The notes under the pieces: generated by a model
Seen by the model: the letters and a program-made list of their open reading frames with translations, nothing else
The model's database searches: none
Told to the model about the DNA's origin: nothing
Virus record (IMG/VR): IMGVR_UViG_3300030329_006583
Location: 62,001-126,000 of that record
Direction: 5' to 3' (one strand)
Length of the DNA stretch: 64,000 nucleotides
Part shown: positions 41,248 through 51,142 of the stretch, in pieces
How the letters are laid out: every line of letters starts with the position of its first letter
Numbering within the stretch: position 1 is the first letter of the stretch
Position numbers and translations under genes: made by a program

Positions 41248-41934
41248 TCATGCCTCAAAAGGATGATTGGTGTACCACCAATGATTGTGCGTTAAAAGAT
41301 ATATGGATCCTCTTGTTTGAATAACATTTTCCGGCGAATCATTTCTCCAACACAGGTGAGGATTTAATCCTTCATTAACGTATGTTGTTGATTTTAAAAT
41401 ACGGGAATCATACGTCTCATATTGTAAACCCATATCACTGATTTGCTTCCAATTTTTTTCTACATAAGGTAAAGAATTATAGACGTAATTAATATCACGA
41501 TGACATGCAATTCCCTTAATATCAAAAAAACAATTCAATAAATTAAATTCCGCATTCAATACGCGTAACGGCTCAACATTATTTATCATTGCATATTCCA
41601 AAAAATTACTATGCAACCCTATTTCACATCCTTTTTCTTCGGCATTTTTTAACATTGAGAAAACAGGATAATCCATCACATTATAATTTGATCCAGCCAC
41701 ACGTGCATATATACTAGATACAACACCACACTTTATTTCGATGTCTATCATCTGTTGGAGTGTTAAAGGTTTAAGATCAACATCATGCCTTAAAATAAAA
41801 TGTCCTTTGTCGGGACATCCACCTTTTATGAATTCATCAACTGTACAAAAAACATAACCATTACCCAAAGCCAGCTCGATAATACTTTGATAATAATCCA
41901 TGCTAAATTTATTGTGAGAATCAATATTTTTCAT
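41248..41934 (-). CDS. Polysaccharide deacetylase-like (NodB fold, WbmS-like)
   Basis: ILRHDVD, EIGLH, ACHR and YLLTHNHWW. Confidence 0.75.
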   Translation of the reverse strand: MKNIDSHNKFSMDYYQSIIELALGNGYVFCTVDEFIKGGCPDKGHFILRHDVDLKPLTLQQMIDIEIKCGVVSSIYARVAGSNYNVMDYPVFSMLKNAEEKGCEIGLHSNFLEYAMINNVEPLRVLNAEFNLLNCFFDIKGIACHRDINYVYNSLPYVEKNWKQISDMGLQYETYDSRILKSTTYVNEGLNPHLCWRNDSPENVIQTRGSIYLLTHNHWWYTNHPFEA

Positions 41935-42782
41935 TTTATTCCTTCTAGTAGGGATTTTACCATAATTTCATACGCAGGAATAGAAAGCTGAGATTGTAAA
42001 TCGGTGGTGGATGACAATATTCTACTTATTTTTTTAGAATGAAATATGGGTTCAATGTCTAATTTTAAATCCATTACGGTATTTAAATTTTGTAATAATT
42101 CATATTTGGAAATAAAATCATCACAGTGAATATGATAAACACCTTCATTCCATAATTTATTATTCACTATCTTTATAATCGCATCGGCAGCAGCAGGGGC
42201 TGTTAAGCCATTCCAATAATGATTTTTATAACCCTTTATTTTCTTTCCTTTATTGGATTTTGCCCACTCCAATAAACCTAATTTTCTAGCACTATTTAAT
42301 TCATTACCTATTATGCTCATACGAAGAGTCATTGCATGTTTAGGTTCACCCCATAATTTTGTTTTTCCATAAAGATCATCGGGAAAAGGCACCTCTCTTT
42401 CATCCAGTGTTTGATTATTTTCACCGAAAACGCAATCAGTACTAATGTGAATTAATTTACTTGTGGTTTTTGATATATGTTCCTGCAGTTTTTGTGGAAA
42501 CACTGTATTAACAATAACACAATTTTTTTCATATTGTTCTTCACAGAGCCTTTGTTTAATAATACCAATGCAATTTATCACATAATCATATTTTTCAATT
42601 TCCAAAGAAGTTATATCATCATCAAATACATCAAAATATACTTCGTTAGGATTTAATGAGTCCTTAAGTCTAGATGTGCCATAAACATCATGATTTGAAC
42701 GTTCAAATATTTTAAAAACCTGATGTCCTAACATCCCGTTTTTTCCAAGCACCAATATTTTTAAAGAATCCTTCATTATCAC
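41931..42782 (-). CDS. dTDP-4-dehydrorhamnose reductase-like (RmlD-family NDP-4-keto-sugar reductase)
   Basis: LGKNGMLG, INCIG, HISTDCVF and YGKTK..GE. Confidence 0.88.
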   Translation of the reverse strand: MIMKDSLKILVLGKNGMLGHQVFKIFERSNHDVYGTSRLKDSLNPNEVYFDVFDDDITSLEIEKYDYVINCIGIIKQRLCEEQYEKNCVIVNTVFPQKLQEHISKTTSKLIHISTDCVFGENNQTLDEREVPFPDDLYGKTKLWGEPKHAMTLRMSIIGNELNSARKLGLLEWAKSNKGKKIKGYKNHYWNGLTAPAAADAIIKIVNNKLWNEGVYHIHCDDFISKYELLQNLNTVMDLKLDIEPIFHSKKISRILSSTTDLQSQLSIPAYEIMVKSLLEGIK

Positions 42783-42784
42783 TT

Positions 42785-43531
42785 TTAAGATGTTTTTAAT
42801 TTTTCTAAAAATTTTTCCACATTTTGAACCGCAATATTGTAATGATTTATAAATTTTTCATCATTATAACTAAAATTTTTATGGTCCATAAAATTAGAAG
42901 CCATCATTGCCCCAATTAGTACATAACCCCTCTTTGTATCTTGGTGTGTCTGCCACAAATTGAAAACCTTTTGTAATATTTCACCTTGATTTTTTAAGCG
43001 CCTATGTAAACCAAAATGAAAAGCCTGTACATTTGTAGAATAATGACAGTGTTTAGCAGCAGGAATTAATTGTTTTGGGACATTAAATCCATTTATAATT
43101 TTTTTATGATTTGTATCTACCCTATCACAATATAATTCGGAATTTGGCGGATTAAAAACAACCGTTGGTTTAAAACAATTGAGGCCGGCAATCAGATCAC
43201 CGGTAAAATAATCATCTATTAACACCTGCATCCCTGTAACTTCATCATCACCAAACATGATATCACATATTTCACTTAATATGTTTTCCCTTATTAAAAC
43301 TGTATCACCGTCTATTTTTACGATTAAATCAAATTCATTTTTTCTTTTTTCAAACGTGCCCCACAATAAATTGTGTGCCTCTAGTTCAGTTTTATCTTCT
43401 ATAATAAAATGTTCTATATTCACGCCTGTTTGTGAATTAATTGCATTCAAACATTCGGTAATATCTCCTTCACCACATGTCATAGTGCCAACTAATATTT
43501 TCGGTAAATTACCCATTCTTTTGCATCTCAC
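42785..43531 (-). CDS. Putative GT2-like glycosyltransferase
   Basis: CLNAINSQ and KIDGDTVL (DxD); island context. Confidence 0.6.
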   Translation of the reverse strand: MRCKRMGNLPKILVGTMTCGEGDITECLNAINSQTGVNIEHFIIEDKTELEAHNLLWGTFEKRKNEFDLIVKIDGDTVLIRENILSEICDIMFGDDEVTGMQVLIDDYFTGDLIAGLNCFKPTVVFNPPNSELYCDRVDTNHKKIINGFNVPKQLIPAAKHCHYSTNVQAFHFGLHRRLKNQGEILQKVFNLWQTHQDTKRGYVLIGAMMASNFMDHKNFSYNDEKFINHYNIAVQNVEKFLEKLKTS

Positions 43532-44268
43532 TATATCTGTTTTTTAAGCTTACCATCATCATATCCCTCCATTTTTAAAAAAACCTTTTTTCCTTCCAAC
43601 ATTATATAAGGGGCTGGCATATCATCAAAAGTAAGAGATTTTATTTTTCTTAAAAACAATTTTGAATCAACTAATATATCAATTTCATGATTTAAATCTT
43701 TTTTACGATATGAATATTGTTTGGTTTCATAACATGGATAATCAATCTCATTTTTATTGATTAATTTCATGAAATTTTTCTTAAGAAGTTTAAATCCAAT
43801 GTCGTTAGATTTTAAAAATACATCTTCGGCTACATCATCATCATCAATTGCAAAAAAATCAGAATCAATTATTTTTCCTTCATCTATTTTTTCATCTATA
43901 AAATGCATTGTGCTTCCATGCACGCATTCATTGTGCATTAATGCCCATGTAGCACAATGCCTACCTTGGAATTTTAATTCATATGAATGATGAAAATTTA
44001 CTATTCCCATTTTTACTGCATCAATATCATTTTTTGGAATTTTTTTCCAATAGCCCAATGAAAACACAATATCTGAATTTTCAATTACATTCTCATAAGT
44101 TCCAAGATTTATATCTAAATCTTTTACCAATTCTTCATTATTAGTGTGCACATAAGATAATTCAAAATTCTTTATTTTGCTAGTATTTACTATCCATACC
44201 AGATAATCAAGAAATAAATTCTGCCTACCGTTAAACAGAATTCCACACCGTACATTCATCATTAACAA
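43531..44268 (-). CDS. Second formyltransferase (NDP-amino-sugar N-formyltransferase-like)
   Basis: VNFHHS..FQGRH..WAL..HGSTMHFIDEKIDEGKII. Confidence 0.85.
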   Translation of the reverse strand: MLMMNVRCGILFNGRQNLFLDYLVWIVNTSKIKNFELSYVHTNNEELVKDLDINLGTYENVIENSDIVFSLGYWKKIPKNDIDAVKMGIVNFHHSYELKFQGRHCATWALMHNECVHGSTMHFIDEKIDEGKIIDSDFFAIDDDDVAEDVFLKSNDIGFKLLKKNFMKLINKNEIDYPCYETKQYSYRKKDLNHEIDILVDSKLFLRKIKSLTFDDMPAPYIMLEGKKVFLKMEGYDDGKLKKQI

Positions 44269-45398
44269 CTCTCACATAATGTTAGTAAGGTATTGGCAAT
44301 ATGCACAATATCATTTGATTCCAACCACCAACCACAAGGTAAGGATATCTGGTGTTTATTGAAATATTCTGTTTGCGGTAAATCTTTTTTACTGCCTTTA
44401 AAACACGTATAATTATGATTAGGAATATGAACCAAACCTGCGTTAATACCAACATTATTTAATTTTTCAAGTAATATATCCCGATCAATTGATTCATCAA
44501 TAATGCATGTATAAACCCAAAATGAGGGCTCTGAATTCTCGGGGTATTGTAGGGGCATTACTAACTGTGAATTCTCAAATTGTGTTGCGTATATACCTGC
44601 ATTACGACGATGTGAATTAATGATTTTATCTAAATGTGGTATTTGTGTCAAACCTAATGCAGCAGCAAGGTTATTCATATTGAATTTATAACCATTTTCT
44701 TCAATATCCCATTCCCATCTTTGGCCTTTCCATTCACCCTCTGTGGTTTTTGTTGAATCCCTGTCTAAACCAAACCATTTAAGCTTTTTTGCTTTTTGAT
44801 AATCGTCATAATTTTTAACAACCAATGCGCCTCCATCACCGGTGGTGATGTGTTTAATTGCTTGAAAACTATAACACGTAAAATCTGCATAATGACTTAT
44901 GTCTTGATTTTCATATGTAGTCCCCAAAGAGTGTGCGGCATCTAGTATTAACTTAATATTGTATTTTTTGCATATAACATTTAGTGATGTCATATCACAA
45001 GGTAGGCCGGCCCAATTCACGCATAATATGGCCTTTGTTTTATCATTAATTAATTTCTCCACCTCACCTGGATCTATATTTCCGGTATTGAAATTAATAT
45101 CGGCCCACACCGGTTGTGCACCCAACTGCATAATTGGCATATTTGTGGCTACACATGTCATAGCCGTTGTTATCACTTCATCACCACGGGTTACACCGGC
45201 TGCGTGAAGTGCCATGGTGAGACTGCTTGTGCAACTATTAGTGAGAACAACTTGTGAAGTACCAAAATAATCCGCTAGTTTGCTTTGAAACTGCAATACT
45301 TTTTCACCTTCATTAATAAACCCACTCTCTAGCACATCCTTAAATTGTTTTAATGCTTCATCAATATCTACATGTACCTTAAACAAAGGGTAAGACAT
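44262..45398 (-). CDS. DegT/DnrJ/EryC1/StrS PLP-dependent sugar aminotransferase
   Basis: NSCTSSL, DAAHSLG, SFQAIKHITTGDGG (PLP lysine) and GYKFNM. Confidence 0.95.
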   Translation of the reverse strand: MSYPLFKVHVDIDEALKQFKDVLESGFINEGEKVLQFQSKLADYFGTSQVVLTNSCTSSLTMALHAAGVTRGDEVITTAMTCVATNMPIMQLGAQPVWADINFNTGNIDPGEVEKLINDKTKAILCVNWAGLPCDMTSLNVICKKYNIKLILDAAHSLGTTYENQDISHYADFTCYSFQAIKHITTGDGGALVVKNYDDYQKAKKLKWFGLDRDSTKTTEGEWKGQRWEWDIEENGYKFNMNNLAAALGLTQIPHLDKIINSHRRNAGIYATQFENSQLVMPLQYPENSEPSFWVYTCIIDESIDRDILLEKLNNVGINAGLVHIPNHNYTCFKGSKKDLPQTEYFNKHQISLPCGWWLESNDIVHIANTLLTLCESC

Positions 45399-46378
45399 TA
45401 TTTTTCCCCTTCTTTTGTTAACAAGCCCAAAGATATTAAATACTCCTCAAGCTCATCACTACCTATCACATCATCAGCACTAGTATAGCTAAAGGGTGGG
45501 CGGGTGGAATCTATTTCTTTATGAGAAGGATTAATTACATAATGTGTACCGGTATCACGCGTTCTTAATGATTCAGGTTCACAGATTAATGCTTCATGCA
45601 TTTTTTCACCAGGACGAATACCAATAGTTTTAACTTCTTTTCCTGATCTACGCCCAAATATTTTGGCTAAATCATAAATTCTCATGGCTTTTAGGCGAGG
45701 AATCCATATTTCTCCTGAGATTGCATTTTTAATAGCATGTAAAATAAGATCAACAGATTCATCCAAGGTCATAATAAATCTGGTCATATCTTTATGCGTT
45801 AAAGTAATTGATTCTGCATGAGAAGCTTGGTGATTAAACAAAGGAATAATGCTGCCTCGGGACGTCAAAACATTACCATACCTAACACAGATAAAACGTG
45901 GGTGGTTACCATAAAAAAACTCACGACTCACTGTCATTTTTTCCGAAACAGCTTTACACATACCATACGTATTTAATGGTTCACAAGCCTTATCAGTGCT
46001 AACCATAAGCACTGTATCAATTGCTAAATTTTTATAATTTTTTTCCACTGCCTTGACAATATTTTGAATTCCTGTGATATTTGTCAATATGCTTTCATTG
46101 GGTGTAAGCTCACATGTATCAACCTGTTTGAGAGCAGCTGCCATAATAATGATATCCGGATCTGTTTTAAGAATTACTTCTTCCACCCTATCATAATCCC
46201 TGATATCTCCAACATGAAACATTAAACCTGGTGGGTTGGAATATTCTGTTCTAATTTTCCAGTGTTTAGCTTCGTCACGAGAAAATATATGTAATGAATT
46301 ATTATCAACTAAGCGAGAAATCAAAGCCTTGCCTAGAGAACCAGAACCACCAAATATTAAACACTTTTTATCTTTCAT
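45398..46378 (-). CDS. UDP-N-acetylglucosamine 4,6-dehydratase (PseB/CapE/FnlA-like)
   Basis: GGSGSLG, SRDEAK, AAALKQV, STDKA, YGMCK, RYGNVLTSRGS, MTRF and GIRPGEKMHE. Confidence 0.93.
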   Translation of the reverse strand: MKDKKCLIFGGSGSLGKALISRLVDNNSLHIFSRDEAKHWKIRTEYSNPPGLMFHVGDIRDYDRVEEVILKTDPDIIIMAAALKQVDTCELTPNESILTNITGIQNIVKAVEKNYKNLAIDTVLMVSTDKACEPLNTYGMCKAVSEKMTVSREFFYGNHPRFICVRYGNVLTSRGSIIPLFNHQASHAESITLTHKDMTRFIMTLDESVDLILHAIKNAISGEIWIPRLKAMRIYDLAKIFGRRSGKEVKTIGIRPGEKMHEALICEPESLRTRDTGTHYVINPSHKEIDSTRPPFSYTSADDVIGSDELEEYLISLGLLTKEGEK

Positions 46379-46391
46379 TTCAATACCATCA

Positions 46392-47255
46392 TTATTTTAA
46401 TTTAGTTACCACAAATTCATTAGGCGGCACAATATTTAAGGAACCACGTGTGGGTAGATACCCAGCGTCACTTAATATTTGTTTTGTTTGATTACCAAAT
46501 AAAGAACCGCTTAACGTATCACCATCATTACCTAGACTCGTAAAAACACCACCATCAATACAACCACATAATTGATAATATTGATAAAATTTAGCCTGAA
46601 ATTGAAGCTCGGTAAAACTATCCAACATTGATAATTCATCAAAAACCAATTTCATAGTTTCCATTCTATTTAAACAACAAATTAAAGAAACAAAATTATT
46701 CAAATACACAAAGGGAATATCTGTTTTTTGAAAAAAAACTTTCTCTTTAGTAAAATAATTGGTTTGCCTTACCCATGCATGAGTCCTGGATTTTTCAGTA
46801 TGTATATCTTTATCGTATAAATGGCATTCCGACACGCTAAATTCTTGACACCTTACCGAACCAACTAAATCACATACATCTAAAAATTGTTCTGCATATG
46901 ATAGTTTTTCAATATCATAATAAACACAATCAGATTCAATGGGATAAATGTATTTGAATTTTTTTCCCATTATTTCTACATGATTATCAACTGCCCATTT
47001 AATAGCACTCCAATAACCTACATTAATATTAGATTTATAAACGTTTCTAAAATTATCTTTTAAAAATTTTAAAGTATTAGCGTAAGTAGAATCATTATCA
47101 AAAACAAGGATATTATCACGATAAACTTCTAGAAACTGGGTGTCTTGTAAACTCTTTACTGTTTTTTCCAAGCAAACGTGACGGGTTTCTTCCTTGCTAC
47201 ATGTTACCAAAACATATAACGTATCATGTGTTAATTTTTCTACATTCGTTTTCAT
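46392..47255 (-). CDS. Putative GT2-like glycosyltransferase
   Basis: VFDNDST, NVGYW and IESDC. Confidence 0.6.
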   Translation of the reverse strand: MKTNVEKLTHDTLYVLVTCSKEETRHVCLEKTVKSLQDTQFLEVYRDNILVFDNDSTYANTLKFLKDNFRNVYKSNINVGYWSAIKWAVDNHVEIMGKKFKYIYPIESDCVYYDIEKLSYAEQFLDVCDLVGSVRCQEFSVSECHLYDKDIHTEKSRTHAWVRQTNYFTKEKVFFQKTDIPFVYLNNFVSLICCLNRMETMKLVFDELSMLDSFTELQFQAKFYQYYQLCGCIDGGVFTSLGNDGDTLSGSLFGNQTKQILSDAGYLPTRGSLNIVPPNEFVVTKLK

Positions 47256-47260
47256 AAAAA

Positions 47261-48349
47261 TTAATGCATTTTCTTATATGTAGAAAGTGCAGATGCTATT
47301 ACCTGATCCATATCATAATATTTGTAACTTGCCAACCTTCCACCAAAAATAAAATTAGGGAAAGCTGCTTTTTCTTTATTATATTGATGATATCGCTCAT
47401 TGTTCACTTCGTCGTTCACCGGATAGTATGGAATTGAATTTTTGTTACACTTTACCGGGGTTTCGTATGTTACAACAGTTTTGGGTGAATTAGATTTCTC
47501 AAAATGTTTATGTTCAATAGTTCTTGTCCATGGCACCTCATCCCCTGTCCAATTAATCACCGGTGAACCTTGGTAGTTTTCTAAATCCATTACATTGTGT
47601 TGAAAATCTAAAGTACGATATTCTAATTCACCATGCTTGTAATCAAAAAATTCGTCTATTTTACCGGTATATACAACCTTATGGGCTTTCTTATTCCATT
47701 CATCCTTGTTTTCAAAATAATTCACGCCACACTTAACTTCCACCCCTTTTAACAATTCCTCGAATATCTTGGTATAACCACCAACCGGGATGCCACAGTA
47801 CTTATCATTAAAATAACTGTTGTCATACGTTAACCTAAATGGGAGACGTTTAATAATAAATGAAGGTAAATCTCGTGGTTCTCGCATCCACTGTTTTTTA
47901 GTATATCCGTAGATTAATTTTTCATATACATCGGTGCCCAATTGGGAAATTGCATATTCCTCAATATTTGTAGGGGATTCACAGTGAATTGAGGTTTCCT
48001 CTATTTTGTTTAATGCATCCTGAGGTGTGGTTGTGTTCCACAGTTGATGGAATGTCCACATATTAAAAGGGAGCGAATATAATTCACCTTTAAAATTGGC
48101 TACCGGGGAGTATGTAAATTGTTTAAATTCTGTAAACTTATTAACAAATTCCCATATTTTATCGCTATTTGTATGAAAAATATGAGGGCCATAATAATGT
48201 ACGTTAATCCCCTCCATGTTTTTAGTGTAACTATTTCCACCTATGTGTGTTCTCTTATCAATTACCAAACAGCTTTTTCCATCTTGTTTGGCTTGATAGG
48301 CAAAAACAGATCCAAAAAAACCGGCACCAACAATTAAATAATCATACAT
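47261..48349 (-). CDS. glf: UDP-galactopyranose mutase
   Basis: IVGAGFFG, HIGGN, HYYGPHIFHT, YTKKQW, PYYP and GRLASYKYYDMDQVI. Confidence 0.96.
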   Translation of the reverse strand: MYDYLIVGAGFFGSVFAYQAKQDGKSCLVIDKRTHIGGNSYTKNMEGINVHYYGPHIFHTNSDKIWEFVNKFTEFKQFTYSPVANFKGELYSLPFNMWTFHQLWNTTTPQDALNKIEETSIHCESPTNIEEYAISQLGTDVYEKLIYGYTKKQWMREPRDLPSFIIKRLPFRLTYDNSYFNDKYCGIPVGGYTKIFEELLKGVEVKCGVNYFENKDEWNKKAHKVVYTGKIDEFFDYKHGELEYRTLDFQHNVMDLENYQGSPVINWTGDEVPWTRTIEHKHFEKSNSPKTVVTYETPVKCNKNSIPYYPVNDEVNNERYHQYNKEKAAFPNFIFGGRLASYKYYDMDQVIASALSTYKKMH

Positions 48350-48352
48350 AAA

Positions 48353-49501
48353 TCACTTCAAATTCGTAATAAACGTTTCCCAATTTTTCCAATATTCCTC
48401 ATGATGAATACGTTGGGATATTTCATTCATTCCATTAACAAGATGGGAAACTAAATCTGGATTATTTTCAAGTTCATATAATGCTTGTGCCGCCTCCTTG
48501 GCATTTGTAACATGAATAGAATTCTTCCCATGAACCAAAAGACCGTTCGAATGGGTTGCATCAACGTAATCCTTCAATACCACAACCGGGGTGCATGCAA
48601 ATCTGGCATATGCCTCAACCCCACCGGCCCAATCATAACCCTTGAAATGCACAACTGCCTTAAGACCTTGAAATTTTTGAGCTGCCTGGCGTGGACTCAG
48701 GGTGGTGTAATTACCGGTGGGGCCCGATCCATCATATCTTATATCTGCCCCTTGCCTCCTAATATTTCCACCATAATTCACCGCTTGGATATTATGTGGT
48801 TTTAAATATTGGTTCATTTGATTAAACAAGGCAAATTCATTGGGATGACGCACATGAAAATTATGATTAAATGAGGCAAAACCTTTTCTATTTTCTGATG
48901 CAATAATTCCTCCCACACCTAAAATATCAAACTCTACTTGATTTCTATAAAAATTTATATTATTTCTATCGTTATACTCTTTATCATAATTGGCCGGTAA
49001 CATTCTGCATATATTATGGCAATCATTCGATCTTAAAGGACTAAAATGATCAAAGGTTGATGATACCCATTTTGCATTGGGAAATTTTTGTTTTGCAAAA
49101 TTTTTATATATGTCAAAAGAACCTATAACGTGATCGGTCGTGTGAAACAAATCAATTTTAATATCTTCTTTATCAAAATCAACCAAACTACATGTGATAT
49201 TTTCTTCAGTTAAAGGGGTTAATCTGTTTTGTTTCAATAAAAATTGATCTTCACCGTAAATCAATAAATCCTGATTTTGGGAATCAAATTTATAATATTC
49301 AAAATTTGTAATCCCGGGATTATGTGTCGATCTATGCAATAAAACTGGCCATAGAGGTGACATATCCCACGATAACCCACCGGTACCGGGGAATGGATAA
49401 AACACATTATGTCCTAAACGTGCATAATGATAAATCAATCCTGAAAGACCACCCCTGGAGCCGCGATCTAAAATACACACATTTAATTTATTCATTATCA
49501 A
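48353..49501 (-). CDS. Putative divergent GT-B glycosyltransferase
   Basis: C-terminal GT-B-like pattern (HFKGYDWAGGVEAYARFACTPVV...LVHGKNSI); island context. Confidence 0.45.
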   Translation of the reverse strand: MIMNKLNVCILDRGSRGGLSGLIYHYARLGHNVFYPFPGTGGLSWDMSPLWPVLLHRSTHNPGITNFEYYKFDSQNQDLLIYGEDQFLLKQNRLTPLTEENITCSLVDFDKEDIKIDLFHTTDHVIGSFDIYKNFAKQKFPNAKWVSSTFDHFSPLRSNDCHNICRMLPANYDKEYNDRNNINFYRNQVEFDILGVGGIIASENRKGFASFNHNFHVRHPNEFALFNQMNQYLKPHNIQAVNYGGNIRRQGADIRYDGSGPTGNYTTLSPRQAAQKFQGLKAVVHFKGYDWAGGVEAYARFACTPVVVLKDYVDATHSNGLLVHGKNSIHVTNAKEAAQALYELENNPDLVSHLVNGMNEISQRIHHEEYWKNWETFITNLK

Positions 49502-51140
49502 GAACCTTTTTTAATAGAATTTCATATTGTGGAAAATATAATGCATCAATATCAGTATTTAAAAAACAATTAATCGCATGTTGTGGTGTTTCACATATAG
49601 GTTCCCTATCATTAAAACTAGTGTTGAGTATAATAGGCACACCGGAATGTGTATGCCATTTTTTTAAAAACCCATAGTACCATGCATTGTCATTTTCCGT
49701 TACAGTTTGCAATCTAGCACTTCCATCAAAATGAACGACTGCTGGTACCTTATCCTTCATTTCATCTTTAAACATCAATACAAATTGCATGTACGCGCTT
49801 TCGATAGGATTTTTAAACCAATTTTGTGCCTCTTCATACAAGATTGACGGAGCAAAAGGTCGATACCATTGGCGATGTTTAACTTTCGCATTTACCCTAT
49901 CTTTCATTTCTTTTCGGCGAGGATCTGCTAAAATGCTTCTATTCCCTAATGCCCTACGACCTGATTCTGAACCTTCATTAAAAATTGAAACAATGCCTCC
50001 TGACTTTAAAAGGTTTATCACATCTTCATCATTTGATTTATTTATTTCAATATCTGTGGGTAAATTTTGTAATGCAGCATCTACATCCTCTTTTTTCCAC
50101 TCTTCACCAAGATAGGGTGAAAGATTATCATTCCATTGAACGCGCGGATTTCCTAAATGATGATGCCATACCCATTGTGCTGCACCTAATGACAAACCGC
50201 CATCGTACGGTACCGCTGGAATATAAACACCATCTATACGATCCGGAAACCAACTTTTTATTTTTCCAGCTATCACAGAGTTTAATGAAACACCGCCGGC
50301 CAAACATATGTTTTTGCAATGTGGCGACGCATTTAAGGCAAATTCAATAAATTCCTTCACCAATCTCTCTGTGGCGCTTTGTAAACCTGCCGCTAAATCA
50401 AATTTATCTTGTTCAGATCTATCGGCTATTTCAGACCATTTATTCAGATATGGGTGAACAGGATCCTTTCCTTTTACATACGCACCCTTAGGTTGATTTG
50501 GAGGTTTAAATCCCGCAGACAACACATCCGTTGTAAGCATTTTATAAAAATCATCATGATATTTTGTAGGATCACCAGGTGCTGCCATGGCCATCACAGA
50601 ACCCTCTTGTCCCCCTAGGGGCCACCCATTCTGTAATTTAAATATATAACGTGTTACCCGAGTCCAAACTCCGCCTATGTTAATTTGATGAGTTGGAAAT
50701 TTTCTAATACCGGTTAATTGTGTATCACTGCCATACCACAACGTTGTTGCTGTTTCACCACCATTATCATCTTCCACACCACCCCCATCCAAGGTTATAA
50801 CAATTGCATCATTAAATTTACTTGAATAAAATGCATGTGCTGCATGTGCTTGATGATGGGAAATAAAAAAGAACTTACCACCATTTTTTTCCGCCAATTC
50901 TTTTGCGGTATTAAAAGATACTTGATGTTGTGAAGTCTTTGAAGTTGGATAAACGGTGGCAAAATTAACTATATCTTCAATATCATCATCATTCAACCTA
51001 TCAAACATAAATTTAATAGAATCAGTTTGTGGAGATTTTTCACGATTGTATCTTTCATATTCTGCGTGAATGGTTGGTATACCATTCTCTAATATACAAA
51101 AAGAGCTATCGTGTCCTGACCATATTCCTGCTATTTTCAT
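49488..51140 (-). CDS. Carbamoyltransferase (NodU/CmcH/TobZ family)
   Basis: HDSS, ERYNREK, HHQAHA, DGGG, AGGVSLN, GRRALGNRSILADPR, VKHRQWYRPFAP, VHFDGSARLQTV and LNTSFN. Confidence 0.95.
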   Translation of the reverse strand: MKIAGIWSGHDSSFCILENGIPTIHAEYERYNREKSPQTDSIKFMFDRLNDDDIEDIVNFATVYPTSKTSQHQVSFNTAKELAEKNGGKFFFISHHQAHAAHAFYSSKFNDAIVITLDGGGVEDDNGGETATTLWYGSDTQLTGIRKFPTHQINIGGVWTRVTRYIFKLQNGWPLGGQEGSVMAMAAPGDPTKYHDDFYKMLTTDVLSAGFKPPNQPKGAYVKGKDPVHPYLNKWSEIADRSEQDKFDLAAGLQSATERLVKEFIEFALNASPHCKNICLAGGVSLNSVIAGKIKSWFPDRIDGVYIPAVPYDGGLSLGAAQWVWHHHLGNPRVQWNDNLSPYLGEEWKKEDVDAALQNLPTDIEINKSNDEDVINLLKSGGIVSIFNEGSESGRRALGNRSILADPRRKEMKDRVNAKVKHRQWYRPFAPSILYEEAQNWFKNPIESAYMQFVLMFKDEMKDKVPAVVHFDGSARLQTVTENDNAWYYGFLKKWHTHSGVPIILNTSFNDREPICETPQHAINCFLNTDIDALYFPQYEILLKKVLDNE

Positions 51141-51142
51141 TT

